Assembly: GCA_965223855.1 (NCBI GenBank)
Contig: CBDCXM010000009.1
Location: 1,792,001 to 1,856,000, forward strand
Length of the DNA stretch: 64,000 nucleotides
Direction of reading: 5' to 3'
DNA from: Candidatus Multivoradales bacterium
GTDB lineage: Bacteria > Acidobacteriota > Thermoanaerobaculia > Multivoradales > JAHEKO01
Shown here: positions 40,585 through 52,349 of the stretch, in pieces
Position numbering within the stretch: position 1 is the first letter of the stretch
Layout: each line of letters begins with the position of its first letter
Notes under the pieces: generated by a model
Told to the model about the DNA's origin: nothing
The model's database searches: none
The model's input: the letters and a program-made list of their open reading frames with translations, nothing else
Translations under genes and position numbers: made by a program

Positions 40585-42843
40585 TCAGGCCGGGTTCAGC
40601 TCGTGTCCGTCGGTGTCGCCGCAGTCGGGGCGGCCCGAAGGGTGTGTGGAGCGGGCTCGTGTCGGCTCCAGGCGGTCGGCAGGGCGCGCGGTTGCGGTGG
40701 GCTCGAGCACCACGGAGAGGGAGTTGAAGCCCAGCGAGAGGGTGAGCTTCCAGAACCGTTGCCACCAGGTCGCCAGACCGCTCCGATAGGCCGGGCGGAC
40801 GGTGAAGCCGTAGCGGGCGGCGAAGCGAACGAACTCGCGATAGCCGAAGTAGTGCATCTCGGCCAGTGTCTGCCGATCGCGATAGGAGCGCTTGGTGCGG
40901 CGGCGCCAGCCGATGTAGCGCTCGGCCCAGGAGCGCGGCATGAAGTTGATCCACCAGAGGTGGTAGTGGGGGTCGTAGTGCGCCCAGCGGTTGATCACCG
41001 TGACCACGCAGCGGCCGTCCGGCCGCAACACCCGAGCGATCTCCGAAAGCAGCGCTTCCGGGTCGTCCACGTGTTCCAACACCTCCATGCAGGCGACCGC
41101 GTCGAAGGTGTCGTCGGCGAACGGAAGGCTGCCGGCAAGCGCGTTGACCGAGGTGGCGGCGAAGCCGTAGCGGCTCGAACGCCAACGGGTCACGGCACAG
41201 TTGCGGAATCTCAGGTCGACGCTGGTGGTGGAGAGCCCTGTCGCCTGCAGGGCCACCGCAAGCCCTCCGCGTCCGCAGCCGAGGTCGAGGACTCTGGCGT
41301 CCCTGCGCCCGCCCGTCAGCGCCGGGAGGAGTTTCGGCAACCGACGGGCCTTGATCACTTCGTCCCACATCCGTCGCCGGGCCAGGCGGTCGAGGTCCGG
41401 CCGCCACGCGTTGGCGTCGAGACCCGGGCGGATGGCGCTGCGAATTCCCGACTCGGCCGACTCCCGGCGGCGCGGTCTGGTGCCCAGCAGCTTCTTCGCC
41501 TTGCGAGCGAGTCCGCGTTCCTTCCAACCCGCCGTGTCGGCAGCGTCGAGCGCCCGAAGAACCGGTGCGCCGACGATCGCGTGGAATCGCCGGGCGAGCG
41601 GCCGGTTGGTGGAGCGATAGTCGAGCTCCGCGATCCGCTCGGAGGCGGCGCGGCCGAGCGCTTCGGCGCGGACAGGGTTCGCCAGCAGCGAGTCGATCGC
41701 CTGAGTGAGCTCCTCGCGGCTGCCGGGCTCGCACAGCAGGCCGTGGACCCCGTCCTCGATCCTCTCGCGGAAGCCGGGCAGGGACGTGCCGACGATCGGG
41801 GTCCCGGTGGCCATCGCTTCGATCAGGACGTTCGGGACGCCGTCGCGATTGCCGTCGGCGAGCTCGCGGAAGGGGAGCACGACCATCGCGGCGCGGCGGT
41901 AGAAACCGGGCAGCTCCTGCTGATCGACGAAACCGTGGAGCCGGACTCGATCCTCCAGTCCGAGCGTGCGGACGGACGCTTCGAGGTCAGGCCGCAGGCG
42001 GCCGTCGCCGACGACGTCGAGGGAGAGGTCCGGGTAGCGGTCGACGAGCCCGGCGCAGGCTTTCAGAAGGAGGGGCCATCCCTTCTTCTCGGTGAAGCGA
42101 CCGACGGCGAGGAGCCTCGCAGGCTGCGGCTGCCGGTCGCCGGCCGAGAAGAGATCGCGGTCGAAGCCGTGCGCCACATACAGCACCTTGGCCCGTTCGT
42201 CGGCAGGCAGGAGCCGGCGCATCGTCTCCACCCCGTGGTGGTGGCATCCGACGGCGAACTCGGCATCGCGGAGGCGGCGTCGCAGGCGCGTCTCCGGCGC
42301 GAGATACAGGTCTTTCGCATGAGCGGTGAAGGAGTAGGGCAGCCCGATGAGCTTGCGCACCAGATGCGCGACCCGCAACGGCTCCCCTGCGTAGTGAGCG
42401 TGGAGGTGGCGCACCCCGCAGCGGCGCGCCTGGCGCGCTACCGATACCGCCCAGGAAAAGCGGCGCAGCCGCTTGCGCAGGAGGGTCCGGTTCTTCCGGT
42501 CGGGGCGTGCGATCGCATCGCGGACGATCGTTCCCATCGCGCTCGTCCAGCACCTCCGATAGCCGGCCCGCTCACCGAGGAGGAAGCGCACATGCGCCAT
42601 GAGATGGCGCGGCCATGCTGCCGGCCGCGACCAGGCGGCCCTGGCGACGGTCGACCCGATCTCCGCGGTCGCTCCCTGGCGCAGGGTGGCAGGAGGAGCC
42701 TTGAGCGAGAAGAGAGCGAGCGGCACCCCCTCCTGCTCCATCGCCCTGACCTCGTTGAGGATGAAGGTCTCGGAGACGACGGGGAACTCCTTGAGCAGGT
42801 AGCCGATCCGCGCCCGCCCGGACTCCTCGTTCAGGGGAGGCAT
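40585..42843 (-). CDS. GT4 glycosyltransferase fused to SAM-dependent methyltransferase
   Basis: GYLLKEFP..SETFI, HAHYA, DGVPNVLIEAMA; then VLDLGCGRG, LPFADDTFD, EVLEHV. Confidence 0.9.
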   Translation of the reverse strand: MPPLNEESGRARIGYLLKEFPVVSETFILNEVRAMEQEGVPLALFSLKAPPATLRQGATAEIGSTVARAAWSRPAAWPRHLMAHVRFLLGERAGYRRCWTSAMGTIVRDAIARPDRKNRTLLRKRLRRFSWAVSVARQARRCGVRHLHAHYAGEPLRVAHLVRKLIGLPYSFTAHAKDLYLAPETRLRRRLRDAEFAVGCHHHGVETMRRLLPADERAKVLYVAHGFDRDLFSAGDRQPQPARLLAVGRFTEKKGWPLLLKACAGLVDRYPDLSLDVVGDGRLRPDLEASVRTLGLEDRVRLHGFVDQQELPGFYRRAAMVVLPFRELADGNRDGVPNVLIEAMATGTPIVGTSLPGFRERIEDGVHGLLCEPGSREELTQAIDSLLANPVRAEALGRAASERIAELDYRSTNRPLARRFHAIVGAPVLRALDAADTAGWKERGLARKAKKLLGTRPRRRESAESGIRSAIRPGLDANAWRPDLDRLARRRMWDEVIKARRLPKLLPALTGGRRDARVLDLGCGRGGLAVALQATGLSTTSVDLRFRNCAVTRWRSSRYGFAATSVNALAGSLPFADDTFDAVACMEVLEHVDDPEALLSEIARVLRPDGRCVVTVINRWAHYDPHYHLWWINFMPRSWAERYIGWRRRTKRSYRDRQTLAEMHYFGYREFVRFAARYGFTVRPAYRSGLATWWQRFWKLTLSLGFNSLSVVLEPTATARPADRLEPTRARSTHPSGRPDCGDTDGHELNPA

Positions 42844-42845
42844 CG

Positions 42846-43748
42846 TCAGAAAGCGAAGAAGATCCCGACCTCGGCGACGTTTCCGGTGTAGTTGCGATCG
42901 AGGCGGGTCGAACTGCCGTCGCGGTAGTTGTCGCGCACGTAGAGCCCGAGTTGCTCGGTGACGGTCCACCGCACATTGAAGTTGATCTCGTCCGTGGTGT
43001 CCGATCGGCCGAAGTTGCGATCGTCGGGGAGAGCATCCAGGTAGTCGCGATCGCGGGATCGGAAGCGCAGGAACCAGGTCAGCGTCTCGGAAGGGGTTCC
43101 CTCGAAAGCCACCTCGAAGCCGTCTCCCTCGCGGTTGTTCTCGGGACCGGTCGCCGTACGGCTTTCGTCGATCCACCCGAAGCGAAGACCGAGTTTCGGA
43201 TGAACGGCGACCCTGGCGGTCAACGAAGTGCGATCGGTGTCCGAGTCTCGCTCGTTCTCGGCGGCGTCGAAGTCCCATTCCGACGTCTGGAAGCGGAGCC
43301 TGACCCACCAGCGGGTCCCCAGTGTGACCCGCCACTGGAGGTCGAATGCGCTCTCGTCGAAGAAGACCGCTTCGCCCGACTCCGAGTAGAGACGGTTGAG
43401 AAGCTGCGAGTGGCCGAGCTGGAAGCGGTGGCTCCCCCGGCGATAGGTGCCGGCGATACCGTAGCTCTGGTAGTTGGCATTCGGAATGTCGGAGACGTCG
43501 ACCGCCGAACCGGAGAGCTCCAGAGCGAAGCGGGAGGCGTCGCGCTTCCAGGTTCTCTCGGCGACGACGTAGCCCGTCAGGAGATCCGACTCCGGCGCGG
43601 GATTCCCCTCGCCTCGGAAGAAGAAGTTGTCGTGCTGGCCGAAGAGCAGGCCGACCTCTCCTTCCCAGTCGCCTTCGGCGGCCGCCGGCGAAGTCACGAC
43701 GATCGCCAGGCCGAGCAGAAACCAACAGAACTTTCGGGAACACTTCAT
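42846..43748 (-). CDS. Putative outer-membrane beta-barrel protein
   Basis: Signal peptide; HDNFF motif; alternating amphipathic strands; C-terminal Phe. Confidence 0.75.
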   Translation of the reverse strand: MKCSRKFCWFLLGLAIVVTSPAAAEGDWEGEVGLLFGQHDNFFFRGEGNPAPESDLLTGYVVAERTWKRDASRFALELSGSAVDVSDIPNANYQSYGIAGTYRRGSHRFQLGHSQLLNRLYSESGEAVFFDESAFDLQWRVTLGTRWWVRLRFQTSEWDFDAAENERDSDTDRTSLTARVAVHPKLGLRFGWIDESRTATGPENNREGDGFEVAFEGTPSETLTWFLRFRSRDRDYLDALPDDRNFGRSDTTDEINFNVRWTVTEQLGLYVRDNYRDGSSTRLDRNYTGNVAEVGIFFAF

Positions 43749-44977
43749 CCGGACTTCCTCCATGGTTCGGCCCCCCGGCCGGAAGTGCCTTCGGCGGAGC
43801 CGAGGCTGCGTGTCTGATCGCCAGCCCAGCGGGCGAAGTCTTCGACGGAACCGCCCCGACAGGCGTGAACGCAGGCAATGCGGATGGCTGCCGCGGCCCG
43901 GTACCATCGCAACCGCCGTCGGTCGGGCACGCTCCCCGCAACCTCACTGTAGGCGGCGACGAGAGCTTCCTCGAAAGCGACGGAGGCCTGGCGCCCGTCG
44001 AGATGGTCGAGATGTGCGAGAAGGTTGCCGAGGTCGAGCTCGGGCTCGGCGAGCGCGCAGGTATCGATGTCGAGCAGGGTGAGGGTGTTCTCGTTCACGA
44101 GGATCTGGGCGTCGTGAAGGTCTCGGTGCGAAACTACCCCGCGATGTCGGTCGAGGCGGTGTGAATGCCTCCGCAGTCTCGCAGCGGCCTCTCGCAGCGC
44201 TTTCGGGCAGGCGAGGAGTGGCGCAGCCACCGCGATCCAGCGGTCGAGCGTTTCGAGCTCGTCCTCCCGGGTATGTCGTGTCGACAGCCCGACCGGACAG
44301 AGATGGAAGCCGCCGATCGCCCGGCCGACCCTGTCGAGCAGCACGTCGGACCGCTGCGGCGACGAGGCGAGCGCTCGCGCCAGCGGCCGGCCGGCGGCGG
44401 GCGACCAGGTGAGGGTGTCCGGGCGCAGAGCGAGGTCGGTCAGCCGGGCCACCTCGAAGGTGCCTACCGTGCGTGCCCAATCGCCGAGCACCGCGTGCCG
44501 TTCGGCGAGCCGGGCGGCACTGCCGTCGCGCAGATGCTTGACGTAGGCGATCCGCTTGCCGCTGCGGTCCCGGTAGCGCACGACCGCTCTGCGCATCGGT
44601 TTGTAGCTGATCAGCCGCGCCCTCAGATCGCGGTATTTCGCGGGGTCGGCCCGGCAGGAGCTCGGCCTCAGTCTACCGAGCGCCGCCGCTCCGACGACCG
44701 GGTCGTCGCGGAGTCGCCAGGCGAGTGCGCCGATCTCCAGCAGCCAGACGGCTCGTCCCTCCTGGTGGAGGCGGCGCAGCGACCGCGGCAGCTTTCCCCC
44801 GGGCCGCAGCAGAGCCCAACTGTCGCCGTCGAGGCGCCCGTCCACCCGCGCCCGCGCCAGCCAGCCGCCATCCAGCGGCCAGATCCGGTCACAGACCGGG
44901 GTGTCGCCGGACTCGGAGGCCCCGAGCCGCGCGAGGGTGCCGGATCCCCGGGTGAGGAGACTGTCGAGAACCTGCAT
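43745..44977 (-). CDS. APH/choline-kinase-like phosphotransferase
   Basis: SYKPMRRAVVRY, SHRDLHDAQILV, LLDID, DLGNLLAHL. Confidence 0.82.
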   Translation of the reverse strand: MQVLDSLLTRGSGTLARLGASESGDTPVCDRIWPLDGGWLARARVDGRLDGDSWALLRPGGKLPRSLRRLHQEGRAVWLLEIGALAWRLRDDPVVGAAALGRLRPSSCRADPAKYRDLRARLISYKPMRRAVVRYRDRSGKRIAYVKHLRDGSAARLAERHAVLGDWARTVGTFEVARLTDLALRPDTLTWSPAAGRPLARALASSPQRSDVLLDRVGRAIGGFHLCPVGLSTRHTREDELETLDRWIAVAAPLLACPKALREAAARLRRHSHRLDRHRGVVSHRDLHDAQILVNENTLTLLDIDTCALAEPELDLGNLLAHLDHLDGRQASVAFEEALVAAYSEVAGSVPDRRRLRWYRAAAAIRIACVHACRGGSVEDFARWAGDQTRSLGSAEGTSGRGAEPWRKSG

Positions 44978-46854
44978 CACGAGCCTTCGCCGCTCTGCAG
45001 CCGTCTCGGTCCGGAAGGTGCTGCGCCGTCTTCGCCGGAAGGATACTCGGAAGCCTGGCGCCTCCAGTTGCGCCGGTACCATCCGTCGGCCTCGAGCAGG
45101 CTTTCGTGGGTTCCCTGCTCGACGATCCGCCCCTTGCGCAGCACCGCGATCCGGTCCGCGTGCTGAACAGTCGCCAGCTTGTGAGCGACGATCACAGTCG
45201 TCTTGCCTCGGGTCAGCTTCTCGATCGCAGCGAGCACCTCGGCTTCCGAGGTCGCATCGAGGCCGGTGGTGGGCTCATCGAGCAGCAGAATCGGGCTGTC
45301 GCGCACCATGGCGCGAGCGATTGCGATGCGCTGGCGCTGACCGGCCGAGAGGTTGGCGCCCGCCTCGGCGATCGGGGTGTCGATGCCGTTCGGAAGGCGG
45401 GCTGCGAAGCGATCGACTCGCGCGTGGCGCACCGCCCTCGCGATCTCGTGCTCCGAGGCATGGGGACGGCCGAAGGCGATGTTCTCGCGGATCGAGTCGC
45501 CGAACAGGAACGGCTCCTGCAGAACGACACCGAACTGGTGGCGTATCGTCTCGATCTGATAGCGCCTGAGGTCGCGGCCGTCGATGCGGATCTTGCCTGC
45601 CTTCGGGTCGTAGAGCCGCAGCAGCAGGGAGAGCAGCGTCGACTTGCCCGATCCGCTCGGACCGACGAGGGCGACGGTGCTTCCCGGCTCGATGTCCAGG
45701 TGGATTCGATGAAGAGTCCGACGGCGGCCCGGGTAGGCGAAGGAGACCTTGCGCAGCTCGATCCGCCCCTCGATCCGCCGGGCCCGCTTGGCGCCGGGGA
45801 GGTTCCGCACTTCCGGCTTCTCGCGCAGGATCTCCTTCACCCGGCTCGCGCAGACCGTCGCCTTGGCCATGCGGCTCGACACTCTCGAGAGCCGCCTCAC
45901 CGGCTTGAAGCTGGTGGCGACGTAGGAGACGAAGACCAGCAGGTCGCCGGGGGTAAGCGCGCCCGCCTGAACCCGAACGACGCCGAACCACAGCACTGCG
46001 GCAGTTCCGGCGGCGAGCAGTACCTCGATGGTGCGCGACATCGACGCCTCGAGCCGGGTCGTTCGCAGCCCGGCGCGCAGCCCGCGCTGATTGACGCGCC
46101 CGAGCCGCTTCTCGCGCAGCCGCTCCTGGCCGAACGACTGAATGACCGGGAGGTCACTCAAAGTTTCGTCGAGGATCGCGGCGACCCTGCCTTCGTGGCG
46201 GCGCTGGCGCTTCGCTGCCGAGCGGATGCGGGAGCTGAAGCGGAACGTCGTGATGACGAGCACCGGCAGGAGCGCCAGGACGACGAGTGCGAGCTGCCAG
46301 TCCATCCACAGGAGCACCGAGAGCATGGCGACGAGCAGCAGCGTCGAGGCGACGCCCTGCATCGCCGAATTGACGAGCATGTCGCGCAGGAGATTGATGT
46401 CGCCCGTCAGTCGCATCAGCAGATCTCCCTTGCGACGGCGACGCAGATAGTTCAGGGAGAGTCGCTGCAGGTGGGAGTGGACTCGCTCCCGCAGCTCGTA
46501 GACGACCGTCTGACCCGCGCGCGCGGTAAGGAGGCTCTGCCCGAACGAAAAGGTCCCCCACAGCAGGGAGATGGTGAGCAGGGCGCCACACGCGAGGAGC
46601 AGGATCGTGGAGGTCGAGAGCTCGCCCAGCAGCGGCCAGCGCTCGAGCAGGGTGTCCGACGGCAGCAGGACGCCGTCGAAGATGACCTTCATCGGCCAGG
46701 GGCGCAGCAACTGCATGGCGACGGCGCCGGCGCCGCATCCGAGCGCACCGGCGAGCCAGGGAGCGCTTGCCTCGAGGTGGCGGGCAAAGTAGCTCCAGGC
46801 GCGCGAGAGCTTCGCGGGGTTGAGGTCGTTGATGCGAAGGCGCTCGAACATCAT
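44977..46854 (-). CDS. ABC exporter, fused permease/ATPase
   Basis: LLRPWPMK, GPSGSGKST, LSAGQRQR, LLDEPTTGLD. Confidence 0.93.
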   Translation of the reverse strand: MMFERLRINDLNPAKLSRAWSYFARHLEASAPWLAGALGCGAGAVAMQLLRPWPMKVIFDGVLLPSDTLLERWPLLGELSTSTILLLACGALLTISLLWGTFSFGQSLLTARAGQTVVYELRERVHSHLQRLSLNYLRRRRKGDLLMRLTGDINLLRDMLVNSAMQGVASTLLLVAMLSVLLWMDWQLALVVLALLPVLVITTFRFSSRIRSAAKRQRRHEGRVAAILDETLSDLPVIQSFGQERLREKRLGRVNQRGLRAGLRTTRLEASMSRTIEVLLAAGTAAVLWFGVVRVQAGALTPGDLLVFVSYVATSFKPVRRLSRVSSRMAKATVCASRVKEILREKPEVRNLPGAKRARRIEGRIELRKVSFAYPGRRRTLHRIHLDIEPGSTVALVGPSGSGKSTLLSLLLRLYDPKAGKIRIDGRDLRRYQIETIRHQFGVVLQEPFLFGDSIRENIAFGRPHASEHEIARAVRHARVDRFAARLPNGIDTPIAEAGANLSAGQRQRIAIARAMVRDSPILLLDEPTTGLDATSEAEVLAAIEKLTRGKTTVIVAHKLATVQHADRIAVLRKGRIVEQGTHESLLEADGWYRRNWRRQASEYPSGEDGAAPSGPRRLQSGEGS

Positions 46855-48098
46855 CAGCCTCCAGCCGCCACGAGCCCGGGCGTGTCGCGGTCGCGCAGGA
46901 GTTCTTCGATCCGGCCTGCCACGCGGTCCCAGGTGCACTCGGCGAGCGCGAGACGGCGCGCCTGACTTCCCAGCCTCTGAACCTCCAGGGGGGCGGAAGC
47001 GAGTTCGACGAGCTCGGCCGTGAGAGCCGAAATGTCACCCGGTGGCACCAGACGGCCGGTCTCGCCGTGGACGATCTGCGCCCGCAGGTGCCCGAGGTCG
47101 CTGGCGACGACCGCCAGTCCGGCAGCCTGGTACTCGACCACCTTCATCGGCGAAAAGTAGAAGTCCTCGAGAGGCGGATAGGGAGCGACACCGACGTCGG
47201 CGAATGCGAGCCAACCGGCGACCTCTGAGTGATCGATGGCGCCGGTGAGGGTGATCCGGTCGCTGCCGAGCTCGCGAGCGAGGTCGGCGACGCCGCCCCC
47301 GAGAGGGCCGTCTCCGATCACCAGCAGGTGCGTCTCCGGGCGGGCCTTCGCCAATTCGCGAAAGCTCTCGAGCAGAATCTCGACACCGTGCCACGGCTTG
47401 AGGCTGCCGGCGAAGGCGACGACGAATCGTCCTTCGAGCTGCGGCGCTTCGGGTCGAGCCGGGTGGCGGAAGAGCTCCGGATCGACGGCGTTCGGCAGGC
47501 AGCGGATCGTCTCCGGTCGCGCCCCGAGGCGGGCGGCATGGCGCTCCAGCGCCCGCGACGGCACGACCACTCCGCTCGCCCGTCGCAGTAGATCGTGCTC
47601 GAGGACCCGCGCGATCTCGAGCAACTCGAGACGCCGGTAGCGCTGTTGCTCGGCGACGAGCGGAGCGTTGCACTCGACCACGTGGGGGATTGCCCGCGAA
47701 GCGGCAAACTCGAGCGCTCCCCAGGACCAGAGACTGTGCCGCTCGTAGAGGGCATCGATCTTCTCTTCACGGTCGAGCGCTTCGAGACGCTCCACGAGCA
47801 CCAGGCCGAGCAGGATGGCGTAGGTTTCGCGAGCCGCCTCGCGCCCGACGCCCCGGGCGATCATGCGCTCCCGAAGCCTCTTCAAGGCGGAGTGGTGACC
47901 GGAGGGGACGATCTGTGGCAGGAAAGCGTCGCCGACGTCGGGGCCGGGATGGGTCGCCACGATCGAGACCCGGTGCCCACGGCGGGCGAGGGCTTGCGAC
48001 ACGGCTCGCACGTGGACCGAGGCGCCCTTGGTGCCGCCGATGGGCACGCCGCGATCGCTGCACACGTAGGCGATGTGAAGGGGGCGGTCCATGTTCAT
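46854..48098 (-). CDS. GT4 glycosyltransferase
   Basis: GTKGASVHV, YERHSL, GSLKPWHG, YFSPMKVVEY. Confidence 0.92.
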   Translation of the reverse strand: MNMDRPLHIAYVCSDRGVPIGGTKGASVHVRAVSQALARRGHRVSIVATHPGPDVGDAFLPQIVPSGHHSALKRLRERMIARGVGREAARETYAILLGLVLVERLEALDREEKIDALYERHSLWSWGALEFAASRAIPHVVECNAPLVAEQQRYRRLELLEIARVLEHDLLRRASGVVVPSRALERHAARLGARPETIRCLPNAVDPELFRHPARPEAPQLEGRFVVAFAGSLKPWHGVEILLESFRELAKARPETHLLVIGDGPLGGGVADLARELGSDRITLTGAIDHSEVAGWLAFADVGVAPYPPLEDFYFSPMKVVEYQAAGLAVVASDLGHLRAQIVHGETGRLVPPGDISALTAELVELASAPLEVQRLGSQARRLALAECTWDRVAGRIEELLRDRDTPGLVAAGG

Positions 48099-49354
48099 GC
48101 TTCGACGACTCTCAGCGGCTGAGCGGCGATCGGGCGCTCGGCCCGCGAGGCCGAGAACCACTCTGCAAGGCGGCCGACGTTCGTCGAGAGGTCGAAGAGC
48201 TCTTCCGTCCGTCGCCGTCCGGCGGCGCCCATCTGCCCCCGAAGATGCGGGTTTTCGGCCAGCTCCGAGATCGCTTCGGCGAGAGCGAGCGGGCGATCGC
48301 TCGGCACGATGAGCCCGGTCTCGGAAGGTACGACGATCTCGGCGATCCCGCCAACCGGGGTCGAGATGCACGGCCGGCCCAGCGCCATTGCTTCGAGCAG
48401 CACCGTCGGCAGCGCGTCCTGGTCGCCCGACCGGGCAACTCGCGCCGGCAGCACGAAAAGGTCGCTCGAGCCGACGTGCGCGAGGGCATCCTCGTGGGGC
48501 AGCAGGCCGGTGAAGGTCACCCGTTCGCCGAGGCCTGCTTCGTCGGCCTGCTGCTCGAGTTCATCGCGCAGCGGGCCGTCGCCGACGATCACAGCCCGCG
48601 TCTCGACTCCGCGCCTGGTCAGCAAGGACAGGCCTTCGAGAAGGGTGTCGATCCCCTTCTTCTCGATCAGTCGCGCGATGCAGGAGATCGACACCACCGA
48701 GTGTCCATCCGGTCCGGCCTGCGGAGGCGACAGCCGTGTCAGGTCGACGCCGTTGTGAAGCATGAGAATCCGGCGGGACGCCCGCTCCGACAGCACCCCT
48801 TGGAGATGGCGCCGGTTGTCCTCGGAGACTGTGACGCTGAAGCTCGATCGCAGGACGATCCTCTCGAGCAGCGGTGCCGGCAGCGCCTTGGCGTAGAGGT
48901 CCTTGGCATGAGCGGTAAACGAGAACGGTAGCCCCGACGCGAGATGGCCCAGGTAGGCGACGAAGGCGGGGTCGTTCGCAAAGTGCGCGTGGAGGTGCCC
49001 GACGCCGCGCTCGAGCGCGGCTGCGGCGACGGCGACACTCTCCTTGAGTCGGTGCCGCCCGCGGCGGTCGGGGTAGGCGAACGCCTCGAGCACGGCTCGC
49101 TCGGCACCTCCCTGCGCCTCGGGGCGCCGTCGATGCAGCCACTTCCACGCTTCCGACAGCGGCAGGTCGCCGCAGTGGACGACCTCGGCCTCGATCTCCC
49201 CGAGCCATCCGTGCTCCGCCGCCGAGTCGTTGGGCCACAGGGTGAAAACGGAGACCTTCACCCCCTGCCTCTCCAACTCGAGGATCTCCTGTGCGATGAA
49301 CGTCTCCGAGGAGCGCGGGAAGCGCTTGACGACGTAGCCGACATGGAGCGTCAT
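48095..49354 (-). CDS. GT4 glycosyltransferase (WcaL-like)
   Basis: GYVVKRFPRSSETFI, HAHFA, TAHAKD, DALPTVLLEAMA. Confidence 0.92.
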   Translation of the reverse strand: MTLHVGYVVKRFPRSSETFIAQEILELERQGVKVSVFTLWPNDSAAEHGWLGEIEAEVVHCGDLPLSEAWKWLHRRRPEAQGGAERAVLEAFAYPDRRGRHRLKESVAVAAAALERGVGHLHAHFANDPAFVAYLGHLASGLPFSFTAHAKDLYAKALPAPLLERIVLRSSFSVTVSEDNRRHLQGVLSERASRRILMLHNGVDLTRLSPPQAGPDGHSVVSISCIARLIEKKGIDTLLEGLSLLTRRGVETRAVIVGDGPLRDELEQQADEAGLGERVTFTGLLPHEDALAHVGSSDLFVLPARVARSGDQDALPTVLLEAMALGRPCISTPVGGIAEIVVPSETGLIVPSDRPLALAEAISELAENPHLRGQMGAAGRRRTEELFDLSTNVGRLAEWFSASRAERPIAAQPLRVVEA

Positions 49355-50505
49355 GCCGCGGCTCCTTCGAGCAGAATCGCCGCCCGTCCTGCCGCTGCCG
49401 GCCCGCCGGGGAAGGCGTGGCGGCTCGAGGGCGGTTCCCCGAGCAGCCGTTCGACCGAGGCCCACAGCGCGTCCGGCGAGAGCTCGTCGGGCGCCAGGAG
49501 GAGCGTCCGGCCGCTCCGGGCCCATCGGCGAGCGCGCAGCAGCTGCTCCTGACGGGGGGTGACCCGCGGTACGAGCACGGCAGGGCGGCCGCTGGCGAGG
49601 ATCTCGCAAACGGTGTTGTAGCCGGCCATGCTGACGATGACGTTGCTCGCGGCGAGCCGGCGAGGGAGGTCCGTCACGAACGAGGCGACGTCGAGCCGGC
49701 GTCGGGGCCTGGGCGTGAGGACCGGACGGTCGTCACGCGGGTAGTCGGGACCGAGGACCAGGTGGCTCGTGACCGGCGGGCGGAAGGTCTCGACCGCGTC
49801 GAGGTAGGTCTTCATCAGCGGTGAGGCGTCGCGCCCTCCACCGCCGGTGACGAGCACGACCGGCCGACTTCCGGAAGAGCGTTCCAGGTCGACGCTCCCT
49901 TGCTCGTTCTCGTCGACGAAGCCGATGCGACCGCAGCGGTGGACCTTCGCCGCGACGTCGGCGAGCGGACCCTGCTCTACCAGCGTTGTCGTGTCGCCGT
50001 CGTCGCCGAACACCCAGACCTCGTCGAACAGCTCCTCGACCGCTTCCAGGCCGCCCGAGAGCTCCCACTGCACCCGCACCGTTCCGAGCTCGTCGAGCAC
50101 GTCGCGCAGCGCCAGGACCGAGCGCCCCCCGAGAGCTCGCACGCTCCTGAGAGCCGGCAGCGCCTCCCCCATGAGGCCGCAGGGCACGTTGTCGACCACG
50201 AACAGGTGAGGTCTGTAGGCGGTGAGCCGTTCCTCGATCCGCTCCCGCCTTCGGGCCAGAAGCCCGACGAAGTCGGCTCCTGGGTCACGACTGCGATAGC
50301 GGCCGTCGCGGCCCTTGACGACCGGTGGGAGCGGATCGAATCGAAAGCCAGGTGGTGGCGTGAACAGACGATGCCAGGGCGATCCGGTGAGGATGTACCC
50401 CTCAGCCGACGGGAAGTGGTGCCGCAGGTGCTGAGCGATCTTCAGGCAGCGACGCAGGTGGCCGAGCCCGAGCGTGTCGTGGGAGTAGAGAGCGATTCGC
50501 GGCAT
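49351..50505 (-). CDS. GT28 C-terminal-type predicted glycosyltransferase
   Basis: YSHDTLGLGHLRR, LRDVLD, GGGRD, MAGYNTVCEI, EQLLRA. Confidence 0.9.
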   Translation of the reverse strand: MPRIALYSHDTLGLGHLRRCLKIAQHLRHHFPSAEGYILTGSPWHRLFTPPPGFRFDPLPPVVKGRDGRYRSRDPGADFVGLLARRRERIEERLTAYRPHLFVVDNVPCGLMGEALPALRSVRALGGRSVLALRDVLDELGTVRVQWELSGGLEAVEELFDEVWVFGDDGDTTTLVEQGPLADVAAKVHRCGRIGFVDENEQGSVDLERSSGSRPVVLVTGGGGRDASPLMKTYLDAVETFRPPVTSHLVLGPDYPRDDRPVLTPRPRRRLDVASFVTDLPRRLAASNVIVSMAGYNTVCEILASGRPAVLVPRVTPRQEQLLRARRWARSGRTLLLAPDELSPDALWASVERLLGEPPSSRHAFPGGPAAAGRAAILLEGAAA

Positions 50506-50520
50506 GGGGCCGCATAGAGT

Positions 50521-50536
50521 TGCAGGATACGAGCCA
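50521..50536 (-). promoter_or_regulatory. sigma54 -24/-12 promoter of the glycosyltransferase operon
   Basis: Minus strand TGGCTCGTATCCTGCA fits TGGCACG-N4-TTGCW with exact GG/GC spacing. Confidence 0.75.
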
Positions 50537-50573
50537 GGTGCGGTGGAGGGAGAAGGCCGTGCAAGCCGCACCG

Positions 50574-50586
50574 AATCAACAAGTTA
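50574..50586. promoter_or_regulatory. IHF binding site
   Basis: AATCAACAAGTTA is an exact WATCAANNNNTTR match, about 40 bp upstream of the -24 box. Confidence 0.75.
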
Positions 50587-50633
50587 CGCCTTGCCGGGCA
50601 GCTTGCACCGGGCCGGCCGGCCGTCTCAGCGTC

Positions 50634-52345
<1,712 letters not shown>

Positions 52346-52349
<4 letters not shown>

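Noticed and set aside
42844-43947. N-terminal extension of the GT-methyltransferase to 1120 aa
   Set aside because: Overlaps the beta-barrel gene in another frame; Arg/Pro-rich nonsense sequence
43745-44977. Aminoglycoside resistance gene
   Set aside because: Divergent APH-fold kinase embedded in a biosynthetic operon; nothing supports a resistance role
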